A DNA stretch of 61,529 nucleotides, the filler included, from Squatina squatina (lineage: Eukaryota): NCBI GenBank assembly GCA_031763465.1. It is 3 parts of 3 records of this genome, joined end to end, with 100 filler letters (N's around TTAATTAATTAA, not from the genome) between each part and the next. Parts side by side here need not be neighbours in the genome. Positions count along the whole stretch, not along the records: positions 1 to 27,636 come from JARFOE010000222.1; positions 27,737 to 48,069 come from JARFOE010000219.1; 1 more part is not named here. The stretch is one strand, 5' to 3'. The notes under the pieces were generated by a model. The model made no database searches, was not told the origin of the DNA, and saw only the letters and a list, made by a program, of their open reading frames with translations. Of the stretch, positions 23,427 through 36,004 are shown piece after piece. The position numbers and the translations under genes were made by a program. The number at the start of each line of letters is the position of its first letter. Positions within the stretch are counted from its first letter, which is position 1.

Positions 23427-25824
23427 GTGAGGACTAGTAGGTGCAGAAACTGGGCTGGTTTCTGCTGGAGCTCCCAGCCAGGCCAGGATGCACTGGATTT
23501 GGCAGCGAGGCTGGACCGTTCCTTAGCCTGTCCCTTCATGGCCTGATGTCTGGAGTGGAGGCGGGACTTGCGGGATGACGCCAACCCCTGAAGTTACTAC
23601 CAGTCTCATCTTCCAGTGTCCCCAATGCCCTGTACGCCTGCAATAGCCAAAGGAACTGCTAGAAAGGTTGGCTGGCGCCTCGGTTTAATGTCTCATCCGA
23701 AAGTCAGCACCTCCGACAATGCAGCGCAGTGTGTGGAATAGGACATGAATCCACAAACTTCTGACCTAAGCGACGAGGGTGCTGCCCACTGAGCCACTGG
23801 CTCACACCTCCTCATCTGGATAAACCTTGCTTTCATCATAGCTGCCAAGGATGGTATACAAGAACGGAACTACAGGGTTTATCCGTCTAGTGCTTCTCCT
23901 GTTTCCCCCCGTGGCTCGTTATCCACGTCCTTCCTTCTGCTTCACTCTTCCCCTCTAGCTGTGTGGTCACCATCTTCTGGAATGAACCTCTCGGATGTCT
24001 CCCCCTCATGCATACTTTGCCAAGTGTAGCCTGCTTGTCTGTGAGGCAGCACCACCTTCTGACACTCCAAAAGCTCCTCCATAGTAAACCCATCCAGTCC
24101 ACCTTGTCCGTATCACAAGAGTCACTCCTGGTCCTGCTTACTCACAAGTGCTAGCTCAAATACTTATGTTCTCGCTTCCTCCCCAGGATGTTGTAAATCC
24201 AGGCTTCCACCCTCTTCACACCAAACTCCCTTTCTTGCCTTCACTCTGCACAAACTTGCTCACCTGCTTTTTAATACTTGCTTTTTGTGCAAGATCTTGA
24301 TTGTCTGTTGAAAACGGATGTAAAAGATGATCAATCCATAGCTCCCTATGATTTGTGTGATATACCAGCCCTGCGTTAATTCCATTGAAATAAGTGCCAC
24401 TAATTTTTTAAATATTTGCCGGAGAAAACAAGTCCCTGGTTTATTTTTTAGAAAGACAAAATGATGAGAAGCAGCTTTGGCTGCTCCATGGCAAAATAAA
24501 AATTCTAACATGGACACCAGAAGAGAGAGGCCCGAGGACTGTCCTAAATTCAGCTTCGGACTTCATCATAATACTCCTGACGAGCTGCGGATGCCATTCG
24601 GTTACCCTGAAGCAGCTCGCCGGTTGGGCCTGTCCAAGTTTGGCCGGCTGTGGCGCTGATCGATGTCCACAGGNNNNNNNNNNNNNNNNNNNNNNNNNNN
24701 NNNNNNNNNNNNNNNNNNNNNNNNNNNNNNNNNNNNNNNNNNNNNNNNNNNNNNNNNNNNNNNNNNNNNNNNNGCAAAGATGGAGAGGTCACCATTTCAG
24801 ACGGGTTCTCATTATTTCATCCCAGCAGTGGTCCTCGGATTAACAGTTTAAATAAAGGAGTGAGCTGTGTCCAATATAGCCCCTCTTTTCTGCCATTCAC
24901 ATGAAAACAAGATTAGTAGTCATGATGTCATTGGGAGAGAAGCAGCAGGGGATATTTCAAATCTTGCTATTCATGGCTGACTTCATCCTTTAAAAAAAAA
25001 TAGTGCACCAGGAATCTAAAGCATTTTCCCTTGGCTAACGTTTACTTGCATGGGAAGGCAGAATTTGTCTGATGGTTTGTTTTTTGTGAAGAAATGGGGT
25101 TCATTCACATGATATCCTTAGAAAGAAAACAGCAACCAATTAAGTCTTTAAAGAAGCGCTTACTTTCCCTGGTAACAAGGCAACCTGTCTTTAACTACTT
25201 TGTAAAATTGAAAACTGCCTTTTAACTCTGAATACTGAATGGCTTTTATACTTTGGCTATCCTTTCTGTTGCCTCATGTATTCAAAAAGGATTTTTGTAT
25301 TTGCATTCCTCCTGTTGAATGTTCTTGCTACTTATCAATAGTTTATTTCTACGTGCATCAATTTAAAAGAAGTCTCTATTGGGAAATGAGAAAACGCAAT
25401 GGCAAGCAAGTCCCGCCTAAAGGTCTGCAGCCCATANNNNNNNNNNNNNNNNNNNNNNNNNNNNNNNNNNNNNNNNNNNNNNNNNNNNNNNNNNNNNNNN
25501 NNNNNNNNNNNNNNNNNNNNNNNNNNNNNNNNNNNNTATTATACAAAACCTCCAAGTGAGCCAAATGCAAAGATTTCTGCTTTAATTACTTGTGTGTATT
25601 AGACTAAAATAATTCGGAATTATGTTTATACTAATCATTCAAGAAGATCAGTTTTAAGATTTTGTCCAGGGTAAGTTAAAACAGATACAAGTCCTGAAAA
25701 ATAACATGAAAATCAGTTTGTATCAAGTTGACGTACACAATCTACTTCGCAACGCAGCACAAAATATCACCATGCCACGTCACTTTATTCCCGTTATCTT
25801 GCACTCTCCTTCGGTAAGTGTTGC

Positions 25825-26090
25825 CCGATTTTAATCGCTCCACCATTGGTGGCCGTGCCTTCAGCTGTGGGCCCCAAACTCTGGAATTCCCTCCCTAAAT
25901 CTCCCCGCCTCTCTACCTCTCTTTCCTCCTTTTCAGACGCTCCTTAAAACCTACCTCTTTGACCAAGCTGTTGGTCATTTGCCCTAATATCTCTTTAAGT
26001 GGCTCAGTGTCAAATTTTGTTTTGTAACACCCCTGTGAAGCACCTTGGGACGTTTACTACTTTAAGGTGTTCTATAAATACAAGCTGTAG
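25825..26090 (+). mobile_element. L2-type LINE 3' end; similar at ~38770-38990(-), 56320-56600(+), 60386-60510(+)
   Basis: IGGRAFSC.GPKLWNSLP..SFQTLLKTYLF followed by the tail cctgtgaagcaccttgggacgttt..aaggtg..ataaatacaag. Confidence 0.8.
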
Positions 26091-27636
26091 TTGGTGTTAT
26101 TTTCATTCCTGGCTCATTTACAGGGAGGGTTGCTGTGGTCACTACGTTGTTCATGCAAATTCTTAAATCTACAGGACTACCGACCAGAGCAATTTTCATG
26201 GATGCATTTACAATGTGGTTACACACAGCAACCAGGCAATGTTTCGTTCTAGGAAGTGTATGCAAAACAGTGCCGGTTCCAAACACAACTGATGAAATAA
26301 CTTAAATTTTAGCCATTCGAAATATTATTTTTAACCGTTTACGTTCAGCATTTCTAACTCCTTATTACTTTCTCCTTCAGAATTTAACTAATTAATTATA
26401 AATCGAGTGGCAGACAAAAGTAGTAACATCTGAAAGTCTTTATAAGTCGTCGAAGCCATACAATACCAATAATCATGTCGCCCACTTAAATCTCTTTCGT
26501 TAAGGTGAAAAATTAGGTTAAAATTATTAGAGGAGATTATTGGGAGACTTTGATCTGCCTTTTCTCTTGCGGTTCCCATTGTTGTAAAGGAGAGGTCGTC
26601 TTTTAAATAGTATGAATTCATTTGATGAATTGATTCTCTCTCTGCCAGAGAGAACTAACTTAAGCACAGCCACAAAAGGCCCACAAGCTTCCAGCAAGCT
26701 ACATATGTTAAAAAGACAAAAGCATTCAATCCATTGGATAGACAAAAGCATTTTCTGGACGGGTGAATGACATGATTAAGTAGGTCAAATTGTNNNNNNN
26801 NNNNNNNNNNNNNNNNNNNNNNNNNNNNNNNNNNNNNNNNNNNNNNNNNNNNNNNNNNNNNNNNNNNNNNNNNNNNNNNNNNNNNNNNNNNNNGTCACTG
26901 GAGTGGGACTGTGAACCCACGACCTTCTGACTCAGGCGAGTATGCTACCCACTGAGCCACAGCTGACACAAGACCAGCCATACCCTGTCTCGTATAGGCA
27001 ATGAACAACTTTTAAAGTGTGCGTGTTGCACTATCACCACACAAAAAATGATTATTTTTTAAAAATTGCCATTCTCATCTAGTCCTCTGCCAACAAGGTA
27101 TTTTATCAAAGCACGTCACCCCTTAAATGTTCTGTAAGTGCAGCATCATTAGTATCCTTGACTTGAACTCTCTCAAACATGATTGGCTGTTTCTCTTCCC
27201 ATTGTATCGCACAAAGCTGGTGCACTACTTTTTAAGAAATTCCAGCCACGGCTGTGGAATGCAACCTATTAGGTTCTCTTAATGACCAGAATTCTCTTTC
27301 ACAATGTAAACACTACTTAAAGCAATTTACTGTTCTCCTTTATTGACAGCTCAACAAGGATAGAGCAAGCTCTATTTAATCCTGATCGGCAGACACACAC
27401 ATGTTGGCAGCAGCTTCACTGGAGTGTTCTGCTGCATGTACAGGAATATACATTTCAACAGTATAGTTGGCTCTCAGATAATATCAGTGATAAATTTGTG
27501 GTCCAAAGAGATTGTTTGTTCTTGACTAAAATGTTTCTTCAGTTCGGGTCAAACTCCTTTGCTTTCTCCCTTAAACTACATGTCTTTCTTTGCTTAAGAG
27601 TGATAAATATTTGGGATTTTCTACCCCAGAGGGCTG

Positions 27637-27736
27637 NNNNNNNNNNNNNNNNNNNNNNNNNNNNNNNNNNNNNNNNNNNNTTAATTAATTAANNNNNNNN
27701 NNNNNNNNNNNNNNNNNNNNNNNNNNNNNNNNNNNN
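27637..27736. other. Artificial scaffold linker N44-TTAATTAATTAA-N44
   Basis: A palindromic six-frame stop 12-mer is centred exactly in a 100-nt gap and is identical to the linker at 48070-48169. Confidence 0.95.
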
Positions 27737-28715
27737 ACATCTGATTACAAGGGTAGCCAATCTCACAGAGCTCAAAGAACAAATTATTCCTGGCAAACAG
27801 CTGCCAGGTATTCAGGCCCTTTTATTTTACTGGATTCTGGAAGAGTGACACCTGAGTGGCTCTGAGTTGCCATCAGGACTACTTAATATTCAGGAGGACC
27901 ACCAGTTGTGCAATAATCATGCAGCTGCAGGTCATGGCACTCATTATGGTAAACGTGCCTTAAACGGAACTATTGCGGTTTATACAGTCATAATTTTTTG
28001 TAATCAAAGGTCATTCCAAAAATCAAAGTTTCCAAAGTTGGGATATCTGGCATTATGCTGTCGCACTCATAGCGTCAGTCATTATTCATCACTAACTGTG
28101 CAGCTACATCCTCATTTGTGCACTCCACTCACCCGGACAACACTAGCTATCTGTCACAAAGGAAAACAGGAATGAAAAGTGCTTTGTATATTTTGTACAC
28201 AATAACAGATGGTCAGGGGATGAATTACGGGCATGTGGAGGGTCAGTCCTTGGTTTTGAATTGCATGCACACTTGCGGCTTCAGCACTCATGCAAAGCAG
28301 CTCAGGACCAACTCTCGTCATTCACCCCTGACCACCCCTTCTGCTACAAAGAATTAACAGATTATGCTAGGAACTTTTGGTACTGGGCAAAAACTATTCA
28401 CTGAGCAATCTTTCAGCCTTGTAGTATAGAAGCAGCAGATTTTGTACTATACTATGGGCCAGAAATTGTAAAAAAAAAGGATTAACTTGCATTTATATAG
28501 CACCTTTCACAACCTCAGGAAATCCCAAAAGCACTTTACAGCGACTAATCTTTTTTTTCTTTAAAAGTGTAGTCACTGTTGCAATGTAAGGAAATATGGC
28601 AGCAAAGTTGTGCACNNNNNNNNNNNNNNNNNNNNNNNNNNNNNNNNNNNNNNNNNNNNNNNNNNNNNNNNNNNNNNNNNNNNNNNNNNNNNNNNNNNNN
28701 NNNNNNNNNNNNNNN

Positions 28716-29045
28716 GACATCCTCAAAGCCTCATTGAAAAAATGCAACATCCCCACCGACTCATTGAAATCAATGGCCCAAGACCACCCGTAATGGAGGA
28801 GAAGCATCCATGAAGGCATCAACTGCTTCGAGTTTCTCCAGCAGGAGCACGTGGAGGCCAAGCGCAGGCAGCGGAAGGAGCACGCGGAAACACGAGCATC
28901 CCATTCTCTCTCCCCACCAAATACCACCTGCCCCACCTGTGGTCGAGTTTGCAGATCCCGCATTGGACTTTTCAGCCACCTCAGAACCCACAACTCCGGA
29001 GTGGAAGCAAGTCATCCTCGAACTCGAGGGACTGCCTAAGAAGTA
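28716..29045 (+). mobile_element. RTE/BovB-type LINE 3' end
   Basis: DILKASLKKCNIP..AQD..WRRSIHEG..EAKRRQRKE..CPTCGRVCRSRIGLFSHLRTH (C-terminal CCHH finger), with an in-frame stop. Confidence 0.88.
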
Positions 29046-32000
29046 GACTCAAAAGCAATGCAATAAATAGGGTACAAGCCAATCTAGAGATACTGGAGAA
29101 AGGGCCAGTGTGTGGCAGATGTCCTTCAATGTGGACAAATGAAGTGTGATGCGTTTGGACCCCAGTAATTCCAGGCACGTGTTTATCAGGCATGATTACC
29201 TGCTTACAGCTGTGGAGCGAGAAGGGGTCCTAGATGTCAAAATTTGAAGGTCAAAAACCAGTGTTGCAAGCCCAACTGAAAAGCAAATAAGTGTTAGGGT
29301 GTACAGCTAGGACAGTTCAAAAGAAAACTACAGATATGATATACTTGTATAGCTGCATCTAGATGGTGTCCAGTTTTGATCCCTGCATGGAAAAGGTCCA
29401 GAGGAGGGTATCCAGAATTAAGCCTATAGGCTCAAGAACTGGGGCTTCTTTCATTGGAGAAATATAAACTTGTGAAATTATTCACATTTTTAAAATGATA
29501 AAAAATAGATTCTGTTCCACTCAATTGGTTATTTGAGCTAGATATTGTAAAAACTTGCATTTTTTAAGTGCTCCTCATATGCAGCTAAACATCGCAAAGC
29601 ACTTTCTAATCTAATGCAATCTAAAGGATTCAGACAGATTTTTTTTCAAACAAAAATATGCCAGAGATCATTTTGGCGAAGAAAAGTTAGAGTGCAACCT
29701 CTGGTACGATGAACTCCTGATTGAATGCACATCTTGCTGCTCATTATTGTCCAATGACTGTACCACTTCATGTAACTAATATAGAGATCACGGCTCTTTT
29801 ATTCTCCCTTTTCATTACAACTTGTATGCAAATAGTTTGAAAGGCAAGAGGTCGGAGGCTATGCGTCGTACAGAGCAAGTTACATTAAGGATAAGTAGGT
29901 GGGAAGAACTAATCCCTCCATGTGAAGTAGTCCTTCAGAGCTTAATAGTCCTTAATGCACTTTTATTAGATCAACTTAAAGCACTTAATGAGTGTAAAAT
30001 GCCATGATTTCATCATCCAGCAGAAAGCTATTAATATATTTTGTATCAGAATCTTAGTGAGGAGGGCATTAAAGGCAGTTTAAATCTTAATGAGAGCGCT
30101 TTAAATAATTGTCAGAGCTTAGCAGTGAGGAGTGGGTAAATTTCAATATAAAATTTGTGGTGAATGTTCAGGTCACTAAAATACATGATGAAAGTGACTA
30201 GAAATTAACGGCAATGTACCCTTGGTATATCAGTGAGCCATTAGTGACCTAGACTCAACTACTTATCTTGCAGAAATTACTTAACTTGCTGTATTTTGTA
30301 AAAGTTGCTAAAATGACTGGCGACCCTCAGATTATTCTCAACTGCATTTATTATGCACTGAAAGATGTATTTGAAAATAAATCCTACAGCCCGATACAAT
30401 GAGGTATGCAAAGTCATGTTTACACATGATGAAACACATCAGGACTGTCCATTAACCTTCCCTTTTTCAGAATGCTTTTGCCCAGGAGGGTTATTCACTT
30501 CACTTTTTAGAATTTCATTAAGCATTTGAAAATGTAACAAGTAACGATCCTTTTCATAAATTGTTTTCTTTGTAATAACTTCCTATTGTTGAGGATGAAG
30601 GTGGGTGAATGGGAAGAAGATGGATTGGGAGAATTTAAGGCAAAAATGAGATGGGTTGCAAAGCGAATCAGAGAAAGATATATTGTGGAGAGGAATTGGA
30701 GATAAGCTGATGTACAAAATCTTGCCAACATGGACAAGTTTGGCAGTCTCACTGAAGTGCGGAGTCTTGGTAATGGAGAAAGGATAGAGGGACCTCGGAA
30801 ACATGTTGTAAAATGACATCTGTACATTGGGACAGGACACAGGGATCTGTGAGGCATTTGAGGAAGAGGNNNNNNNNNNNNNNNNNNNNNNNNNNNNNNN
30901 NNNNNNNNNNNNNNNNNNNNNNNNNNNNNNNNNNNNNNNNNNNNNNNNNNNNNNNNNNNNNNNNNNNNNATTTCTTCTCTCAGAGGGTTGAGAGTCTTTG
31001 GAACTCCTTGCCACAGAGAGCTGTGGGGGCTGAGTCCTTGTGTATAAGGCTGAGATAGATAGATTTCTAATCAGTAAGGGAATCAAGGGTTAAGGGGAAA
31101 GGGCAGGAAAGTAGACTTGAGGAATGCCAGACCAGCCATGATCCTATTAAATGACGGAGCAGGCTCGAGGGGCTGAATGGCCTACTCCTGCTCCTACTTC
31201 TTATGGTCTTATTTTTCTTTTATACCAGCGTTGCCTCCTCAGTTTGAGGGAGCACTTGTGGTGCAGTTGCCTTTTCCCTTATTGACACTGGGGTCTATCG
31301 GTTTATTTAAAAATAGGCATCTTGCATCTTGATAAATATCACTCCACGTCCCCACAACTAACGCAGTCTGGAGATATAATTTATTTTGGGGACTTGGCTT
31401 TGGAATGAGGCTCCCACAGGAAAAATGCACATCATGAATATGCCTTCAGGGCTCCTTTATTGATTCAGCTTTTAGTGTCAGTATATGTGTGACAAATTGA
31501 ATAACTACACCTCTCTGTGATAGCTCCATCCATCTCCACAAATTAAAGCTGAACACAAAAGTGTTGTGTTTTTCAACAGTGTCTCATCTAGTTGCGCTTT
31601 TAATTAACATTTGCTGATTGAGTTTGCGGCTGGAGACTGTACTGAGATCAAAGAGAACACAACAAGAGAAGCAGTTCAGATTATATAAGTTAATCTTAAT
31701 GGGAAAGGGAGTGCTTCATTAAGTGCTGTAAACAATACCGCCACAGACTAATAACTAAGTGGACATTGTCCTTGTGTCAACACACAGAATACAACTCCAG
31801 AGACTGAGTCATACATTTGGTGTACACAGGGACTTTTTTCAAGGTGATGTGAAAAAAAATTGTTTCCAAAAGGTGAAAGCAGAGCATCCCAGAGCATGGC
31901 AGAATTGCCCAATGTCTCAACAACTAGCCCACTACAGAGTAGAATTTGTATAATGTTATGTTTATATCAGTAAGGACAGCCCTACAAGTGATACATTGAA

Positions 32001-34107
32001 CACAGACTGTAAACTTAATCTTTCTAAATCTGTACTGTAATCATACACTCCGATGGACATCCCCATCTGCCATATCAGGCTAAGCCCACAGGTGTGGAAT
32101 CTTGATCCCAAGCTCAGTTTCCTCCACATCAGATTTTTTTCATGTCTGGAACATCTGAAACATTTTATGTTTTTCCATTTTGCACCAAAGCCCTAAACCT
32201 TGCCTTTATCACCTCTATGCTGATTTTCTCAAATGCTTTCCTTACTGGCCCACCCACTTTCATTTTCCATCAACTGGAATTATTCCTAATCATCACCATC
32301 TATGTTCTTAGTTTCAATAACCACCCTAAGCTCAACTGGCTGTGCCTCAGAAAACTAAAATAAGATTCTCATGCTCACCTTCACATCCCTCCATGGCCTT
32401 GTCCCTCCCGATCTCATCCATGTATCATTTTTCCTAGTCCGCACCTTGCACTCCTCCAACACTAAATTAAAAGGAGGATAGAAATAAGGGGAGGCTAGAC
32501 AAGCATGAGGGAGAAGGGAATAGAGGGTTATGCTGATGTATTTAGATGAGGAAAGATGGCAGGAGGCTTAAGTGGAGCATAAACGCTGGCATGGACTAGT
32601 TGGGCCGAGTGGCCCATTTCTGTGTCGTATATCCTATGTAAAATAAATGAGCACAGAAAACAAAAGATGTAAGGAGACTGAGAAAGGCATAGAGTGAGTA
32701 AAGGAGGTTTTATGATAATTATGTACAGAGATACAGNNNNNNNNNNNNNNNNNNNNNNNNNNNNNNNNNNNNNNNNNNNNNNNNNNNNNNNNNNNNNNNN
32801 NNNNNNNNNNNNNNNNNNNNNNNNNNNNNNNNNNNNNNNNNNNNNNNNNNNNNNNNNNNNNNNNNNNNNNNNNNNNNNNNNNNNNNNNNNNNNNNNNNNN
32901 NNNNNNNNNNNNNNNNNNNNNNNNNNNNNNNNNNNNNNNNNNNNNNNNNNNNNNNNNNNNNNNNNNNNNNNNNNNNNNNNNNNNNNNNNNNNNNNNNNNN
33001 NNNNNNNNNNNNNNNNNNNNNNNNNNNNNNNNNNNNNNNNNNNNNNNNNNNNNNNNNNNNNNNNNNNNNNNNNNNNNNNNNNNNNNNNNNNNNNNNNNNN
33101 NNNNNNNNNNNNNNNNNNNNNNNNNNNNNNNNNNNNNNNNNNNNNNNNNNNNNNNNNNNNNNNNNNNNNNNNNNNNNNNNNNNNNNNNNNNNNNNNNNNN
33201 NNNNNNNNNNNNNNNNNNNNNNNNNNNNNNNNNNNNNNNNNNNNNNNNNNNNNNNNNNNNNNNNNNNNNNNNNNNNNNNNNNNNNNNNNNNNNNNNNNNN
33301 NNNNNNNNNNNNNNNNNNNNNNNNNNNNNNNNNNNNNNNNNNNNNNNNNNNNNNNNNNNNNNNNNNNNNNNNNNNNNNNNNNNNNNNNNNNNNNNNNNNN
33401 NNNNNNNNNNNNNNNNNNNNNNNNNNNNNNNNNNNNNNNNNNNNNNNNNNNNNNNNNNNNNNNNNNNNNNNNNNNNNNNNNNNNNNNNNNNNNNNNNNNN
33501 NNNNNNNNNNNNNNNNNNNNNNNNNNNNNNNNNNNNNNNNNNNNNNNNNNNNNNGTGCCGCACTGCCGGAGCTGCCACCCTTCAGATGAGACGCTAAGCC
33601 AAGGCTCCATTTCCCTCTCAGGTGGCTGTAAAAGATCCCGTGGCACTATTCACTAAAAAAACATATTATCTGGTCATTATCTGACTGCTATTTGTGGGAG
33701 CTTGCTGTGCACCAATGGCTGTCACGTTTCCTACAACATGTGACTGCACTATAAAAGTGCTTAATTGGCTGTAAAGCGCTTTGGGACGTCCCGAGGTCGT
33801 GAAAGGCGCTATAGGAATGCAAGTCTTGTGAGCAGCAAAACATTTTAAGTTCACATGGACAGATTCTTGCCTTTCCTCACGCAAGAATGATGCAAGGAGG
33901 TGGCATAACAGCAGCAATGCTCACTGTTGACAGTGTACCCGATGTGAAGCGCTTTTCTACATTAAGGGCTCTATATGAATGCGAGTTGTTGTTGTTACAT
34001 TCAGTTGGTGTGTTGTAACTAAGTCACGGGGCGCTGCGGGCCCCAGCTTTAATCCCTGCTCAGTGCGAATTTATCCAATAGTAGCGGCACCCACTGTTTA
34101 AACTTAC

Positions 34108-34240
34108 ACATGAAGGTTGACCACTGAGTTTCGAATGATGCGTGCAAGAGGGTCATTTAGTTTTAGGGCCATGTAGTAAAGTGCTGGTATGCAGCTTGTA
34201 GCTACTATAGTAGCAGTTATTGTAGCCAGATTGTAGACGT
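34108..34240 (-). CDS. Weak candidate exon, unidentified
   Basis: ccttttgactccag|(D)VYNLATITATIVATSCIPALYYMALKLNDPLARIIRNSVVNLH(V)|gtaagt. Good splice sites but no recognised homologue. Confidence 0.25.
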
Positions 34241-34480
34241 CTGGAGTCAAAAGGAATTTAACACCTAGATGGTAATCTGTGAAACCTTCCAGATACTTGC
34301 ACCCAGAGTTATCTGTTAAGTGTTCTTTGTTTTTAGTTTGGAATTTGCTAGTTGTTTTTATTATTTCCAATGAAGTAAAGGGATCTTGAAGCTTCTTTGT
34401 TACCCACTAGGTAAATACACCACCCAAGGTGCAGACCTATACAGGCCAGGATAGTCCCTGGCTTGTTCACTGATCTCAGC

Positions 34481-34857
34481 CTGTGGCTCAGTGGGTAGCT
34501 CTCTCACCACTGAGTCAGAAAGTTGTGGGTTCAAACCCCACTCCAGAGACTTGAGCACAAAAATCAAGGCTACAGTGTTGAGGGAGTGCTGCACTGTCAG
34601 GGGTGCCACCTTTTCTACGAGATGTTAAACTTGAGGCCCTGTCTGCCTTCTCAAGTGGGCGTACAAGGTGCCGTGGCACTATTTTGATGAAGAGCAGGGC
34701 AATTATCCCGAGTGTTCTGGTCAATATTTATCCCAACGTCACTAAAACATATTATCTGGTCATTATCACATTGCTGTTTGTGGGACCTTGCTGTGCGCAA
34801 ATTGGCTGCCGTGTTTCCTACATTATAACAGTGTCTACACTCCCAAAAGTACTTCTT
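34481..34857 (+). mobile_element. tRNA-headed Deu-SINE (SacSINE1-like)
   Basis: ctgtggctcagtgggtagc..gagtcagaaagttgtgggttcaaaccccactccagagacttgagcac followed by the Deu core. Confidence 0.85.
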
Positions 34858-35449
34858 NNNNNNNNNNNNNNNNNNNNNNNNNNNNNNNNNNNNNNNNNNN
34901 NNNNNNNNNNNNNNNNNNNNNNNNNNNNNNNNNNNNNNNNNNNNNNNNNNNNNNNNNCCGTTAATATTGGGGCCATGATGTCTGTTGGTCCAGCTGTATG
35001 TATACAATTTTGTATCTAGCTTATACCTTCCCACATCCACAAAAGAATCTTCATCTCAACATTAGCCTCAGGTAATGTGTTGTGTTTCAATGTGATTTCT
35101 ATAATGATGCAGTGTGTTTGTAAACAAAGACGAAAATGTTTTTCAAAACACATTTCCATGAAGCTTGCATCTATTTAGTTTTTTTAGGATAGGCACCAAG
35201 GTTTGGCAGTTCTTGAACATCAGGTAACTCTGATACCAACGGTATCGTTTCCCTAGCACAATTGCAGTTCAATAGACAAGCTGCAGTTTATCAGCAGTAA
35301 ACAGAGCTGAGCAATTAATACATCAAGTGATTATTTATTCAAGCTGTCAGCTACAAAGCTATTGACACTCTGACCCCGCGAGGAAAGGTGAAGCGCCAAT
35401 AAAATGGTTTCAGGACAGCTTCGGAAAATGTGATTTGGGAGCAGTTACA

Positions 35450-36004
35450 GAATCGCCTGAATTGCCCACTTATACGTTTGAGATAACACCACCTAACCTA
35501 ACCCCGAGCTTTTCCGTCCACGTGTCACCCTGCAGGAAGAGCAGACCCCTGGGTTTCGGCAGACATCTCCCCGACACCCTGCACTGCCAGATCCATTTGC
35601 CGAGGATGAGCAGCGCCGCGGGCCGCCCCGCGCCTCCTCCTCTCCCGCTCTTTCCGCTCTCTCGTGCCAACTCGCCGGGTCTGACTGACAGCTCCCAGCG
35701 CCTGCACTGTGGCGAAGGCAGCAGCGCGACCGCAACTTGGGGCAAAANNNNNNNNNNGCTGAAATCAGTGAAGACTGTGCTGTAATTGCAAAGTTCATCA
35801 AGGCAGGGAGAAGCACTTCCACGGGCGGCGGCGCGAGCGGTTTCTCATGCTTGTTTAAAGCGCTCTGTGCCCCGCGGTTGGCGGCGGCAAAGGAGGATGG
35901 ACCAGACATGTTTCACCACAGCAGCCAACAACGCGACGGCACAGCGGAGAAAACTCTAGTGCAGTCGAGGAGATAACTAGCTCAGTTTGAAGATAAAATT
36001 ATCG
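35450..36004. promoter_or_regulatory. CpG-rich promoter/first-exon-like segment
   Basis: High GC and CpG density (gcgccgcgggccgccccgcgcc, ggcggcggcgcgagcgg) in a CpG-poor background. Strong + strand donor atcg|gtaagt at 36004/36005. Confidence 0.5.

Noticed and set aside
24264-24435. Minus-strand exon-like segment ending cag|gtgagc
   Set aside because: The acceptor is weak and ambiguous, two frames are possible, and no homology was recognised.
32528-33656. Longest ORFs in the track (314-372 aa) and other X-rich ORFs
   Set aside because: They read through N gaps and are artefacts.
34481-34560. tRNA-like sequences with A/B boxes (also 17550, 26900, 51035)
   Set aside because: They are SINE heads that continue into the Deu core and do not form complete cloverleaves.
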